From Promethearchaeota archaeon (GTDB lineage Archaea; Asgardarchaeota; Lokiarchaeia; Sigyniarchaeales; SOKP01), in the NCBI GenBank assembly GCA_016930515.1, contig JAFGGO010000114.1:32001-96000 (forward strand): DNA of 64,000 nt. The letters are read 5' to 3'. Numbering within the stretch: the first letter of the stretch is position 1; each line of letters starts with the position of its first letter. Position numbers and translations under genes: made by a program. A model generated the notes under the pieces. It searched no databases. It was not told the origin of the DNA and saw nothing but the letters and a program-made list of their open reading frames with translations. Positions 19,957 to 29,429 of this stretch are shown here, piece by piece.

Positions 19957-20238
19957 GTGAAGAATATAGGTCGCACCGTCCCATCTTTTCGTCCCGCTCT
20001 CGAGTACGAGATAGAAAGCTGGAATAATTTCAAGAGAGCGCTCAGGCCCGATGATCAAGAGAATTTTCATAAATTAATGAACCACGCCCGCATTCATTCA
20101 GACGCTGGAAGTATGAGCGCCCGGCCAATGCTTTCGGAGGTTATTTTCATGTCAATTGCGATCGAGCAAGAAAAACGAATTAAAAAATTACAAACAGAGC
20201 TTGAAGCATTGAAGAAACAGGTCGAAAGGAAGGATTAA
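19957..20238 (+). CDS. PolB2-associated small helical protein (arCOG07300-like)
   Basis: GRTVPSFR...WNNFKRALRPDDQ motif directly upstream of polB2. The true start may be ATA at 19966. Confidence 0.85.
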   Translation: MKNIGRTVPSFRPALEYEIESWNNFKRALRPDDQENFHKLMNHARIHSDAGSMSARPMLSEVIFMSIAIEQEKRIKKLQTELEALKKQVERKD

Positions 20239-20245
20239 AAACAAT

Positions 20246-22651
20246 ATGGCTTTTCAAGAAGATTTTTATGGTTGGTTGCTAGACGCCACAACTTCCGGAG
20301 ACGGAATGTTGCTTTGGGTAAAATTAATCAAGGAGAAAAAGAACGTGCTGCTTCACCACGATTTTCACCCAGAATTTTTTGCCGTCCCAAAATCAGGGAT
20401 TGGTAAGGATTTTACTACTCTAAAGCAAGTGTTGATGTCCCATCCTGGCGTGAAAAGCGTGCGAACCTGCGATAAATATATTAGTTTAGAAGATCAAACT
20501 AAATCGACGGTATTCGGGGTGCGCATCGAAAAACCTTCCTTATTCAAATCGACGACTAAAGAAATAGGCGAGATTGATCTTTTCACCTTATATAACATCG
20601 ATATTCCCATTTCTCAAATGTATTTTTATGAGAATGACTTATTTCCAATGGCATTCTGCCGTTTTAAAGTTGCACTCAATAAGAAAGGGCTTGATTCAAA
20701 GGAGTATATTCGATTGATCTCCTTGGATTTAATGGATAACAACGAGAAGTTGTATTACGAGTTACCACCACTTAAAGCAATTTGGTTAGATGTTAATATT
20801 CGTAAAAAAGGACTGAGACCGTATTTTAACGATCCCTTGATATGCACAGAAATTAGCATCGTTGAACAAGACGAGAGCGGAATACCAAGAGCGGACGGAA
20901 AGCGAAAAAGAAAGATCTGCATAGATCTAGCGGACGAAGCAGAGATCCTAAAAAAGACAAGCGAAGTTATCGAAGAGCTCGATCCCGACATCGTCCTCAC
21001 ATGCGGTGGAGACGAGTTCGTATTCCCGTATTTAATTGCTCGAGCTTCAGAGAACGGGGCATCTCATAAACTCTACTTTTCGCGAACGAAAACACCTTTA
21101 AAGCAATGCATTTTTAACCTATCAGGAGGATCCGACCACTACATGTCGTATGGAATGATAATGCGTCGATCAAAAACCCAGGTCTATCTAACAGGAAGAT
21201 TCCACTTGGATACGACAGCGTATGGAAGCCTTCATTTCAGCGAGGGAAACATTCCAGGTGTCATCGAAGTAGCTCGTGTTTCTCGCGTTCCTCTCCAAAG
21301 GTTATGTCGCATTACCATAGGAGGAGCACTACAATCCATCCAATTTTACAACGCTTACAAGCTGGATCACTTGATTCCGCCTTTTAAAAAAAGTCCGGAA
21401 GGATTTCGAACGGGAATGGACTTGATTAAAGGCGATCGCGGGGGACACATCTTCGAACCCATAGTAGGAGTATTTGATCAAGTGGTCGAGCTGGATTTTT
21501 CGTCTATGTATCCTTCTCTCATGGCAAATTTTAACATATCTTCGGAAACAATCAATTGTGCCTGTTGCAAGGACGACGGCACGGGCATCAAGGTACCGGG
21601 ATTGAACTTTTACATCTGCTCGAAAAGGGAGGGCATCATATCCAAATCGATACGACTCCCGCTCGAAAAAAGGTTAAAGTACAAGAAAATCGCTCGCGAT
21701 ACCGGCAACCTTCGATATAAGTTTACCGATATTGCCTTGAAATGGGTTCTTGTAGTTTCTTTTGGATATTTAGGGTTTCGAAACGCGCGCTTTGGCAAGA
21801 TCGAAGCGCATCAGACGGTGTGCGCGTTCGCTCGCGAGTTCTTGATGCGTTCCGCAGAAATCGCGCAAAATCACGGCTGCAAGGTCGTTCACGGGATCGT
21901 GGATTCGATATGGCTTCAAGACGAGAAGAACAGGGATCCAGAAGAGTTTAAAGAAGTAACCCGAAAAGTTGCTCAAGAGATCACGGAACACACCAGCATT
22001 CAGATGAGTTGGGACGGCTTTTTCGATTTCATCGTCTTTCTTCCCTCTCGCGCCGAGCCTGACATACCGACGCTCAATCATTATTGGGGCATCAAGAAAG
22101 GGGGTGAAGTGAAGGTAAGAGGGATCGAAGCTCGCAGGAGAGACGCACCAAACATCATAAAAGAAGCGCAACTAGCGTTTATCGAAGAATTTAAAGGAGC
22201 AAAAACGGTAGAAGAGTTCGTTTCAAGAGTTTCCAAGGCAAAAAGTGTTTTCTACGAATACATTGACAGGATTGAAACGGGTCGAGCATCGAGGGAGCAA
22301 CTCACGATCAAGCAAAAAATCTCCCGTTCACCCGCCCAATACAAGGTAAACTCGTATCAAGCAGTTGCCGCCAAGCAATTGGAACGATCTGGCGTCGTTG
22401 CTTCCGCCGGAAAGAATGTGCGCTATATCATTTTAGACGCCGAAGCAAGTCCCGATTTTCCTGAAAGAAAAGTCGTACTATCCGATCTTTACGACCCCAA
22501 GAAACACCATTACGACAAGAAAAAATACGTGGAATTACTGAAACGAGCGTTCGAAAACATCGTGCCGTTCCCGATTCCCGAATTGGACGATCTTGTAAAG
22601 TCCGATTTTAACAGGAAATCCACGCAAAAAAATATCACGAATTTCGTTTAA
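20246..22651 (+). CDS. polB2: Family B DNA polymerase, PolB2 group
   Basis: Motif A LDFSSMYPS, motif B ALKWVLVVSFGYLG, altered motif C HGIVDS (canonical YGDTDS), KVRGIEARRRD, and C-terminal PIP-like QKNITNFV. Confidence 0.93.
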   Translation: MAFQEDFYGWLLDATTSGDGMLLWVKLIKEKKNVLLHHDFHPEFFAVPKSGIGKDFTTLKQVLMSHPGVKSVRTCDKYISLEDQTKSTVFGVRIEKPSLFKSTTKEIGEIDLFTLYNIDIPISQMYFYENDLFPMAFCRFKVALNKKGLDSKEYIRLISLDLMDNNEKLYYELPPLKAIWLDVNIRKKGLRPYFNDPLICTEISIVEQDESGIPRADGKRKRKICIDLADEAEILKKTSEVIEELDPDIVLTCGGDEFVFPYLIARASENGASHKLYFSRTKTPLKQCIFNLSGGSDHYMSYGMIMRRSKTQVYLTGRFHLDTTAYGSLHFSEGNIPGVIEVARVSRVPLQRLCRITIGGALQSIQFYNAYKLDHLIPPFKKSPEGFRTGMDLIKGDRGGHIFEPIVGVFDQVVELDFSSMYPSLMANFNISSETINCACCKDDGTGIKVPGLNFYICSKREGIISKSIRLPLEKRLKYKKIARDTGNLRYKFTDIALKWVLVVSFGYLGFRNARFGKIEAHQTVCAFAREFLMRSAEIAQNHGCKVVHGIVDSIWLQDEKNRDPEEFKEVTRKVAQEITEHTSIQMSWDGFFDFIVFLPSRAEPDIPTLNHYWGIKKGGEVKVRGIEARRRDAPNIIKEAQLAFIEEFKGAKTVEEFVSRVSKAKSVFYEYIDRIETGRASREQLTIKQKISRSPAQYKVNSYQAVAAKQLERSGVVASAGKNVRYIILDAEASPDFPERKVVLSDLYDPKKHHYDKKKYVELLKRAFENIVPFPIPELDDLVKSDFNRKSTQKNITNFV

Positions 22652-22859
22652 AATATCGTTTTATTTTTTTAATTGGTAGAGACCTATTAAAATATTTGAC
22701 CTATTAAAGAACTTAATATTTTGTTCCTGTATAATCTAGAGAAAATAAAAAAAGTTGCCCATAATGTTAAGATAATTTTATGCTAAAGTAAAATGAGTTC
22801 TAAATTTCAATTAAAATAAAAAAAGAAAGATTTAAGTTTGAATTTTTTAAATTTTAGAA

Positions 22860-23066
22860 TTATTTGGGAAGTTCAGCGTCTGGTCTCGCTTCCGTGGCAG
22901 GCTTTCCTTCAATACCCCAATGGGCTTTTGGGACCTCGTGAACGAGAACCTCAACCGCTTGTTTCGGAATTCCGATGTTAACGAATACATCAGTCACTCC
23001 AGCAATTACTTTTTTTATGATTTCGTCAGAAATTCCCTTCCACAAATATATTTGAGCTAATGGCAT
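22860..23066 (-). CDS. 4-oxalocrotonate tautomerase family protein
   Basis: N-terminal catalytic Pro (MPLAQI), HEVPKAHWGIEG motif, 68 aa. Confidence 0.92.
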   Translation of the reverse strand: MPLAQIYLWKGISDEIIKKVIAGVTDVFVNIGIPKQAVEVLVHEVPKAHWGIEGKPATEARPDAELPK

Positions 23067-23172
23067 TTTTATATCCTCGTTTTTTTTTATTGATTATTGT
23101 TTATTCTAATACTGAGGGAATGTTAAAAAATATTTACTTGAAGAATTTAAGAGAAATTTTTATTCGTTACTA

Positions 23173-23865
23173 TTACCAAATAAAAGGAATGAGTCTTTTT
23201 CTCACTTTCTGAGCGTACTCTGCATATCCTTCAAGGTTTTTTAGTAAAAATCTTTCTTCAATAATGATCCGCAATACAAACAAACCCGCCATGAAGAAAA
23301 CTGGAATAAGCCCATAGAAAGAACCCAAAGCAATTGGAAGCGAAAAAAAGGCCAATAAATACCCAAAATACATTGGATGGCGCACGATGGCATAAGGACC
23401 CTTTGTGGCAACTTGATGTTCCACTAACTCTTCAATTTTTATTAAGATCGCAGCGAAAGAATTTTCTTTTAACGAAATGAATTTTATTATAAAACCTAAA
23501 GCTAACCCCAAGTAGCCCATTAAATTACACCAAATTGGCACGAAAGTCCAGCGATAAGACCCACCGTCCAAGCTAACAATAATAAATAACGCTAAAAAGA
23601 GAAGCCCAAGCAGGCTTATAAAAACGATATCTTTTTTTAAAGCATGTTTCAACGACAAGCGCCTTCTTAACACTTCTGGATGGTATTTATTGAACCAAAA
23701 AAGAGAATACGCTCTTAAAGTACCATATAAAATCAAACTTACCCACGCATCTACCCAAAAAATATTACCCGAGAAAAAAAATAAAACAAATCCAAAAAAC
23801 CCAACTTCACCAATTATTGCTAAAAATAGAATAAAAAAAGGAAATTGTTTTGCATCCTCTGGCAT
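23173..23865 (-). CDS. Isoprenylcysteine carboxyl methyltransferase (ICMT/PEMT-like) membrane protein
   Basis: GPYAIVRHPMY, EERFL and YAEYAQKVRKRLIPFIW motifs. Confidence 0.9.
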   Translation of the reverse strand: MPEDAKQFPFFILFLAIIGEVGFFGFVLFFFSGNIFWVDAWVSLILYGTLRAYSLFWFNKYHPEVLRRRLSLKHALKKDIVFISLLGLLFLALFIIVSLDGGSYRWTFVPIWCNLMGYLGLALGFIIKFISLKENSFAAILIKIEELVEHQVATKGPYAIVRHPMYFGYLLAFFSLPIALGSFYGLIPVFFMAGLFVLRIIIEERFLLKNLEGYAEYAQKVRKRLIPFIW

Positions 23866-23931
23866 ACAATAAGAAATTACAATATCCCAATTAAATTTGT
23901 TTATAAAAAAGAAAAATAGAGTAAATATATT

Positions 23932-24543
23932 TTACATGAAAGGTTGTCGAATGAAATTTTTCATCATTCCAACTTTAACTCTATTCTGATTGCTGATATA
24001 TATTTCGTGATTTTTCTGCGTGATGTCCATCGAAAGTGCCACCGTTTTCCTTGATAAAAGCATTTAATTTCTTGATTGTTAATGGTTCTTCCGAATAGGA
24101 TCCAATATGTGTTAATTGTGCTGCCCTTCCTTATTTAAGCGACTTGAAATACAGCCTATCAAGCGTTTCGGATAATTCTGGCTTCTTTTTTTGGTGGTCT
24201 CGATAGCTTCCTTGACATCTTCCTCCATTATCCCGTCGGGTAGCATTATCATTATAATCCATTTCCAGTTTACTCCATTCGATTGGACGGACCTCCTCAT
24301 ACTACCGCGGCTCATTAGGGTCGCTTAGAAGGATTCGACATAATCCTTGCATTGTGTATTACTCGTAGGCTTGATTATGTACGAGGCAGGATATATAGTG
24401 GTCATTTCATAAATACATTCTTGACATTCTCCCGGGAAGTCTTGCCCGTCAACGATTAGGTATTGCTATTCTGGAATTTCAACGAGAACGACTTCTTTTG
24501 AACCAGATTGAAATTATTCCTTCATGGTTTATTTAAAATCCAT
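23932..24543 (-). pseudogene. GyrI-like small-molecule-binding protein pseudogene
   Basis: Reads MDFK*TMKE*FQSGSKEVVLVEIPE*QYLIVDG with three in-frame stops, followed by frameshifted WKWIIMIMLPD and THIGSYSEEPLTIKKLNAFI...HEIY segments. Confidence 0.8.
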
Positions 24544-24556
24544 TATTACCGCTATA

Positions 24557-24691
24557 TTAACTCCCTCGCTGTTGGAAACTTCCTGTTGGGCATTTATCCA
24601 CGTTTGCGTTTGCGGGAACTTCGTGTCCAAAACAGTCCCCCTTCACATCGTCTAGTGGTTTGTAAAATTTACAATCCTTACATTGTGCCAT
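24557..24691 (-). CDS. 44-aa four-Cys protein (CxxC...C...C), reminiscent of BssC-type small Fe-S subunits
   Basis: MAQCKDCKFYKPLDDVKGDCFGHEVPANANVDKCPTGSFQQRGS. ATG 24691 is the likely start rather than the ORF-track start. Confidence 0.7.
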   Translation of the reverse strand: MAQCKDCKFYKPLDDVKGDCFGHEVPANANVDKCPTGSFQQRGS

Positions 24692-24760
24692 TTTTTTCAT
24701 CACTTTTGATTTTTCGTTTTTTTTCATACTTTTTAATTTGACTATCAATGATATTATTAG

Positions 24761-24820
24761 GATTTGTGACAATAATAACATATTGATAAATCAAAATCCT
24801 TATATATGGTGTCACAAATC
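24761..24820. promoter_or_regulatory. Inverted-repeat operator in the divergent promoter
   Basis: GATTTGTGACA (24761-24771) and TGTCACAAATC (24810-24820) form a perfect 11-bp inverted pair that flanks TATA-like TTATATAT. Confidence 0.65.
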
Positions 24821-24858
24821 ATTTCATTAAGATTATCAGTTATTTTAAATATTTAAAA

Positions 24859-25875
24859 ATGAACGAATACGACCTTTCTTACTTGTTTGAGATTGGATTT
24901 AATGAAATTCAAACCAATACCTATAAATATCTCCTTTCTCACAAGTCTGGCACGATAAACCAGATCAAAAACGATTTAGGATATTCTTACGCTCAAGTTA
25001 ATAATGCGCTGATTTTTTTAAAAGAGAAGAATCTCCTCGAGGTTTCCTCAGATTCAAAACCTAGTCTATTCGTTCGAAAAAATCCAAAAATCGCCTTGAA
25101 CAACTTATTTAACGAGTGGTTCCAGAAAATTGAAAAAAGCATCAAGCAACTCGACGAGGTCATCAAGATTCAAGAGACTAAATTTGGTCGATGTGTAAAA
25201 GAAGTCACCTTCTATTATTATTCGGATCTGGCGTTGGGAATAAATAATTTAGAAACGATGATCGAGAGAGCGGAATGCGAAATTTTAATGACTTCCTTAC
25301 CAATATCGCTTTTAAAAAAGATCGAACCGTCGCTTTACAACGCATTCACTAGAGGAGTTTCCCTTAAGATGTATTTTTCAGAAGCCGATTTTGAACGAAC
25401 TGAAAACTACCTAGAACGAATTTTAGACCTTTTAAAACGCGTGAGGATTAGAATAATCCAAACAGGAGAAAAAATCTGCCAAGTTGTGAGGTACAACGAC
25501 GAGATAGTAAACTCTGGAAATGTTTTTATCGACAATAAATTCTTGAACTCTATCGTTTTTAACGAGAACAACGTGCTTGCTTTTGATGGGCATTTTAATC
25601 CTGGCGTGATTCAACAAGTCAAGAAGTATTTTGATCTAAAAACAGCAATAAAGATTATTGAGATAGAATATCCAGAGCCGATCAAAAGCGTTTTGAACGC
25701 TATTGAACGAAAAAAGGAGATCAAAACCAGAGATCTGAGCCAAATATTAAAAATAAGCGGAAAAAAGCTGAGAGAAGTGCTCGATTTTCTGATAAACGAG
25801 GGAATTATTCGTGAAGAAATCGTGCAACAAGAACAAGTTGGTAGACCTAAAAGAATTTATTCTATCGTAGAATAA
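24859..25875 (+). CDS. TrmB-family transcriptional regulator with a second, C-terminal wHTH
   Basis: N-terminal wHTH (GFNEIQTNTYKYLL...KPSLF), central TrmB effector-like domain (AFTRGVSLK), C-terminal wHTH ending GRPKRIYS. Confidence 0.85.
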   Translation: MNEYDLSYLFEIGFNEIQTNTYKYLLSHKSGTINQIKNDLGYSYAQVNNALIFLKEKNLLEVSSDSKPSLFVRKNPKIALNNLFNEWFQKIEKSIKQLDEVIKIQETKFGRCVKEVTFYYYSDLALGINNLETMIERAECEILMTSLPISLLKKIEPSLYNAFTRGVSLKMYFSEADFERTENYLERILDLLKRVRIRIIQTGEKICQVVRYNDEIVNSGNVFIDNKFLNSIVFNENNVLAFDGHFNPGVIQQVKKYFDLKTAIKIIEIEYPEPIKSVLNAIERKKEIKTRDLSQILKISGKKLREVLDFLINEGIIREEIVQQEQVGRPKRIYSIVE

Positions 25876-26000
25876 TCAAGCGATTTTTCAATCGTATTTA
25901 GAATCGTTCATATCAAGTCGATATTATCAGCTCGTAAATAATTTACTATTTAAAAATTCTGTTCTAACTATAAAATAAAATAGAACTGTTTTGAGCTTCT

Positions 26001-26261
26001 ATGGAGATTTTCATAACTTATATTTCAATGGGACTGTCATTAGTTTTAATTATCGGATTCTTATACTTGTTGTTTTCTAATAAATCGCTTAAAAAGCGAT
26101 TGGAGGATATTAAAAACGATATAGACCTTTCAACTGCGATTTACGAGATAAACGACGAAAGACAGAATAAATTTAAGAAAGCACCTCCCTTGAAAGCGAA
26201 ATTAAAAACAGAGGTCGAAGACTCATGTCAATTATCGTTAGATTTTTTTTTCAAAAAATAG
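26001..26261 (+). CDS. Small single-pass membrane protein with C-terminal PIP-box-like motif
   Basis: N-terminal TM helix; ends QLSLDFFFKK. Confidence 0.7.
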   Translation: MEIFITYISMGLSLVLIIGFLYLLFSNKSLKKRLEDIKNDIDLSTAIYEINDERQNKFKKAPPLKAKLKTEVEDSCQLSLDFFFKK

Positions 26262-26402
26262 TGGTGCTTGCTCAAACAAGTTTATTTATAAAACTTCATT
26301 ACCTATAAGGAAAGAAAATCACATCTATCTATATTTATTTGGTGGTGTAAAATTCGATATATTGAATACCAAGTCGTTTTAGGAGATTCTCCCGGAAGGT
26401 TA

Positions 26403-27449
26403 GTGGTAGAAGACATCAAGAAAGTTGCAAGTAAGGGAGAAAAAAAGGAGCAAGCACCATTACCTCAAGAACAAAAGAATGTCTTATATGGAGAAGGTAT
26501 AATCCATCCGCTCTCTGAAGAGACTTATCTTTGGACCTATTCCCTAATCTATAGGAACAAGAATTTCGATGTCATAAAGTTTAAATCAAGCTGGTCCTGG
26601 AAGGCCGATCCAGAAGGTGTTCAAGACTTAGTTATGGACAAGGCTTCTCATGTAGGTGTCGTTGCAGGTGTGTTTTTCATAATGATTGACGATCAAGTCG
26701 AGGAGAACTTTTCAAAGCTAGCAGATATGATGGATGCATTTATTGAAAAAACCAGCTCGCAAGAAGCCCCATTTATCGTGTATGGATTGATAGAAAACAA
26801 GCAGAAAATCGCTGAACTCAAAACTAATAAGGACCAACTAAAGAACTTGTCAGATGTGAAAAACTGGGTGCAAAAAAACGGGGGAGAGTTTCGACTCGAA
26901 AATCTAACTGAAATACAGGCAAATATCCAATATTTGGTCTCAGATTACACGCACTTCATCTTGACGAGCACAAAAGCAACAACTAGCTATCCTGGACTTA
27001 AAATAGGAGAGGTTCATTTCTTGGATTACGAAGACCTTAGCGCCTTACAAGAAATCGAAAAAGCCTTAAAGGAACAACTTAAAGCGGGTGAAACCGTGGA
27101 TAATTTGCTTTCCCAACTGTTTTTCAAGTACCTCAAAAAAATAGAGTTCAAAGAGGAGATATTCGAACGACCCGTTGAAGTCGTGGAAGCAAGCGTGCCT
27201 ACAATAGAACCAGGGGTACCGCCCCCCTCTAAAATCAAGATAATTTTAGAGGAAATTCGAAGAGGGATCAGGCGCCAATGTCCCAAGTGTTTTAACTCGG
27301 ACAGGGAAATGATACGAGAAGTGATTGATCACGATAACTTGATATACGACTTTGGGACCGATAAGATTTATGGATTTAAATACATCTGCGGACAGTGCGG
27401 TCACGAGTGGAAAACTGAAAAAGATTGGGCTTCCGAAACGGTTGATTAA
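26403..27449 (+). CDS. Hypothetical protein with C-terminal Zn ribbon
   Basis: CPKC...CGQCGHEW. The middle region resembles the beta4-alpha3-beta5 segment of small GTPases. Confidence 0.8.
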   Translation: MVEDIKKVASKGEKKEQAPLPQEQKNVLYGEGIIHPLSEETYLWTYSLIYRNKNFDVIKFKSSWSWKADPEGVQDLVMDKASHVGVVAGVFFIMIDDQVEENFSKLADMMDAFIEKTSSQEAPFIVYGLIENKQKIAELKTNKDQLKNLSDVKNWVQKNGGEFRLENLTEIQANIQYLVSDYTHFILTSTKATTSYPGLKIGEVHFLDYEDLSALQEIEKALKEQLKAGETVDNLLSQLFFKYLKKIEFKEEIFERPVEVVEASVPTIEPGVPPPSKIKIILEEIRRGIRRQCPKCFNSDREMIREVIDHDNLIYDFGTDKIYGFKYICGQCGHEWKTEKDWASETVD

Positions 27450-27522
27450 TGATCGAAACCTTTTTAATTCTTTTTTAATGTTTTATCGTACGCATTTTCA
27501 CTTCTTATTTTAAAGTAAATGG

Positions 27523-28704
27523 GTGTTAAGAATTAAAGTCACATACGCAGATAGGATTGGCAGGCTCCCTAAATACATTTTTGCCGCCATCGAAGAATTA
27601 AAAGCTGAAAAAAAAAGGGAAGGTATTGATCTCATTCTTTTAGGAATAGGAGACCCAGACCTCACGACGCCAGAATTCATCGTAAACGAGTTGATCGAGC
27701 AGGTCAAGCGCCCTGAAAATCAAAATTATCCCACTAGTATGGGTGAGCAAGACTTTCGAGAAGCTGTTTCGAGATGGTATAAGGTACGATTTGGCTTGGA
27801 TCTCGACTCTGGAAAAGAAGTGACGCACTTGTTAGGGGGAAAAGAAGGAATCGCCAACATTGCGCGCGCGTTCGTGAATCCAGGAGACGTGGTACTCTGT
27901 CCAAATCCGGGATATCCCGTATACGAGAACGGAGCAACGAAATTATGCGACGGAAATCCGTATATAATGCCCTTAACAAAAGAAAACGAATTCCTTCCAG
28001 ACTTGGACGCGATTGATAAAAGGGTGCTTAAAAGGATTAAAATGATGTACTTGAATTACCCGAACAACCCAACGGGCGCAATTGCCCCCATGGAGTTCCT
28101 AAAAAAGGCATCCGATTTTGCCGAAGACAACGGATTTTTCATCGTTTACGATAATCCTTATTCCGAGTTTACATTCGACGATTATATTGCCCCTTCAATC
28201 CTTCAAGTATCTGAAAACCATGTGGAAATAAACAGTGTCTCTAAGATGTTTAATATGACGGGATTTCGATGCGGGTGGGCAGCAGGAAATTCGGATATTG
28301 TCGAAGGTTTACGAAAGGTCAAGTCCCAAATCGATTCAGGAGGATCAATATTCATACAAAAAGCGGTTATAAAAGGACTTGACCAATACACTTCCGAAAA
28401 AAAACCTGAGATCGTGCAAAAAAATATGAAAATCTACGAAGAACGACGAGACATACTCGTCAATGGATTGAACGATATGGGCTGGAAGACCGAAAAACCA
28501 GTAGCGACGTTTTATGTGTGGACACCTATTCCAGAAGGAGAGAAAGATGACATGGAATTCGTCAAAAAGCTCATTAATGTTGGCGTTGTTATAACGCCAG
28601 GAGTGGGGTTTGGAGAACACGGAAAAGGATTCGTGAGGTTTGCCTTGACTCAACCTATTGAGAAGATAAAAGAGGCCTTGGAAAGAATTTCTAAAGTCAT
28701 CTAA
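27523..28704 (+). CDS. Class I/II PLP aminotransferase (LL-diaminopimelate aminotransferase-like)
   Basis: LGIGDPD, NYPNNPTG, DNPY, SVSKMFNMTGFRCG (PLP Lys) and GFVRFAL motifs. Confidence 0.9.
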   Translation: MLRIKVTYADRIGRLPKYIFAAIEELKAEKKREGIDLILLGIGDPDLTTPEFIVNELIEQVKRPENQNYPTSMGEQDFREAVSRWYKVRFGLDLDSGKEVTHLLGGKEGIANIARAFVNPGDVVLCPNPGYPVYENGATKLCDGNPYIMPLTKENEFLPDLDAIDKRVLKRIKMMYLNYPNNPTGAIAPMEFLKKASDFAEDNGFFIVYDNPYSEFTFDDYIAPSILQVSENHVEINSVSKMFNMTGFRCGWAAGNSDIVEGLRKVKSQIDSGGSIFIQKAVIKGLDQYTSEKKPEIVQKNMKIYEERRDILVNGLNDMGWKTEKPVATFYVWTPIPEGEKDDMEFVKKLINVGVVITPGVGFGEHGKGFVRFALTQPIEKIKEALERISKVI

Positions 28705-28750
28705 TTAAAATTATTTTAAGTTTAATTTTTACTTAAGAAAATAAATACTT

Positions 28751-29242
28751 TTATTCTTTAAGTCTTCGAAGAGTTTCTTCCAAGATTTTTATTACTTGTT
28801 TCTTATAAGAGTCCTGTTCAAGATAATTATAACTAAAAGTTTTCCAATGAGGTCGCTTATGGCCAATTTTAAATTTAACGCCGTTCATTTCGGTCATATA
28901 CGAATTTGCATCGAGCTTGGTTGCAATTTGATCAGCTATTATATACCAATGATATTTTGTTTGGACATTTGCTCCCGAATTAAAAGGTGCTATATGCATT
29001 CTTGATTTCAAGCTATTGAAGGAAAAGCTCCATTGATTAGGACTCAATTTCGTTTCGTGCCACTTGCCGTTATTGTAATTCCAGTTATGTGAATGCCCAA
29101 TCGTCATTCCAGAATATGTGGAGTTATTATACGATTTTAACTTGTTATAACTATCCTTTCTAGGTTGATTTTTTTTATATTTTTGACATGTTAGATTTTG
29201 ATGTTTTAAGAGTATCATGTTATCTATTTGTTCGTCCGACAT
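28751..29242 (-). CDS. Conserved hypothetical beta-rich protein
   Basis: YSGMxIGxSHxWxY..GxWxETK...YHWYIIADQ...KLDANSY...GHKRP. I recall this pattern from an uncharacterised bacterial/fungal family. Confidence 0.75.
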   Translation of the reverse strand: MSDEQIDNMILLKHQNLTCQKYKKNQPRKDSYNKLKSYNNSTYSGMTIGHSHNWNYNNGKWHETKLSPNQWSFSFNSLKSRMHIAPFNSGANVQTKYHWYIIADQIATKLDANSYMTEMNGVKFKIGHKRPHWKTFSYNYLEQDSYKKQVIKILEETLRRLKE

Positions 29243-29429
29243 ATAATAGATACTGTTTGAATCTCTATTAAAAGGGTAGAGGCATCTAGATTTTCGATTT
29301 TTGAAGAATTTATAATTTTTTTAGATGCATTCAAATGAATCTTACTAACATTAAACATAGTGCCGATTATTTCCTTATAAATTAAAATGAAATCGTCGGG
29401 TATGAAAACAGAATAAAAAACAGAAAAAA

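Noticed and set aside
23173-23865. ICMT-like enzyme as a modifier of the Rab GTPase (eukaryote-like prenyl processing)
   Set aside because: The GTPase has no C-terminal Cys, the genes are 18 kb apart, and this family is widespread in prokaryotes.
24112-24315. 67-aa ORF as a standalone gene
   Set aside because: It is an internal fragment of the GyrI-like pseudogene.
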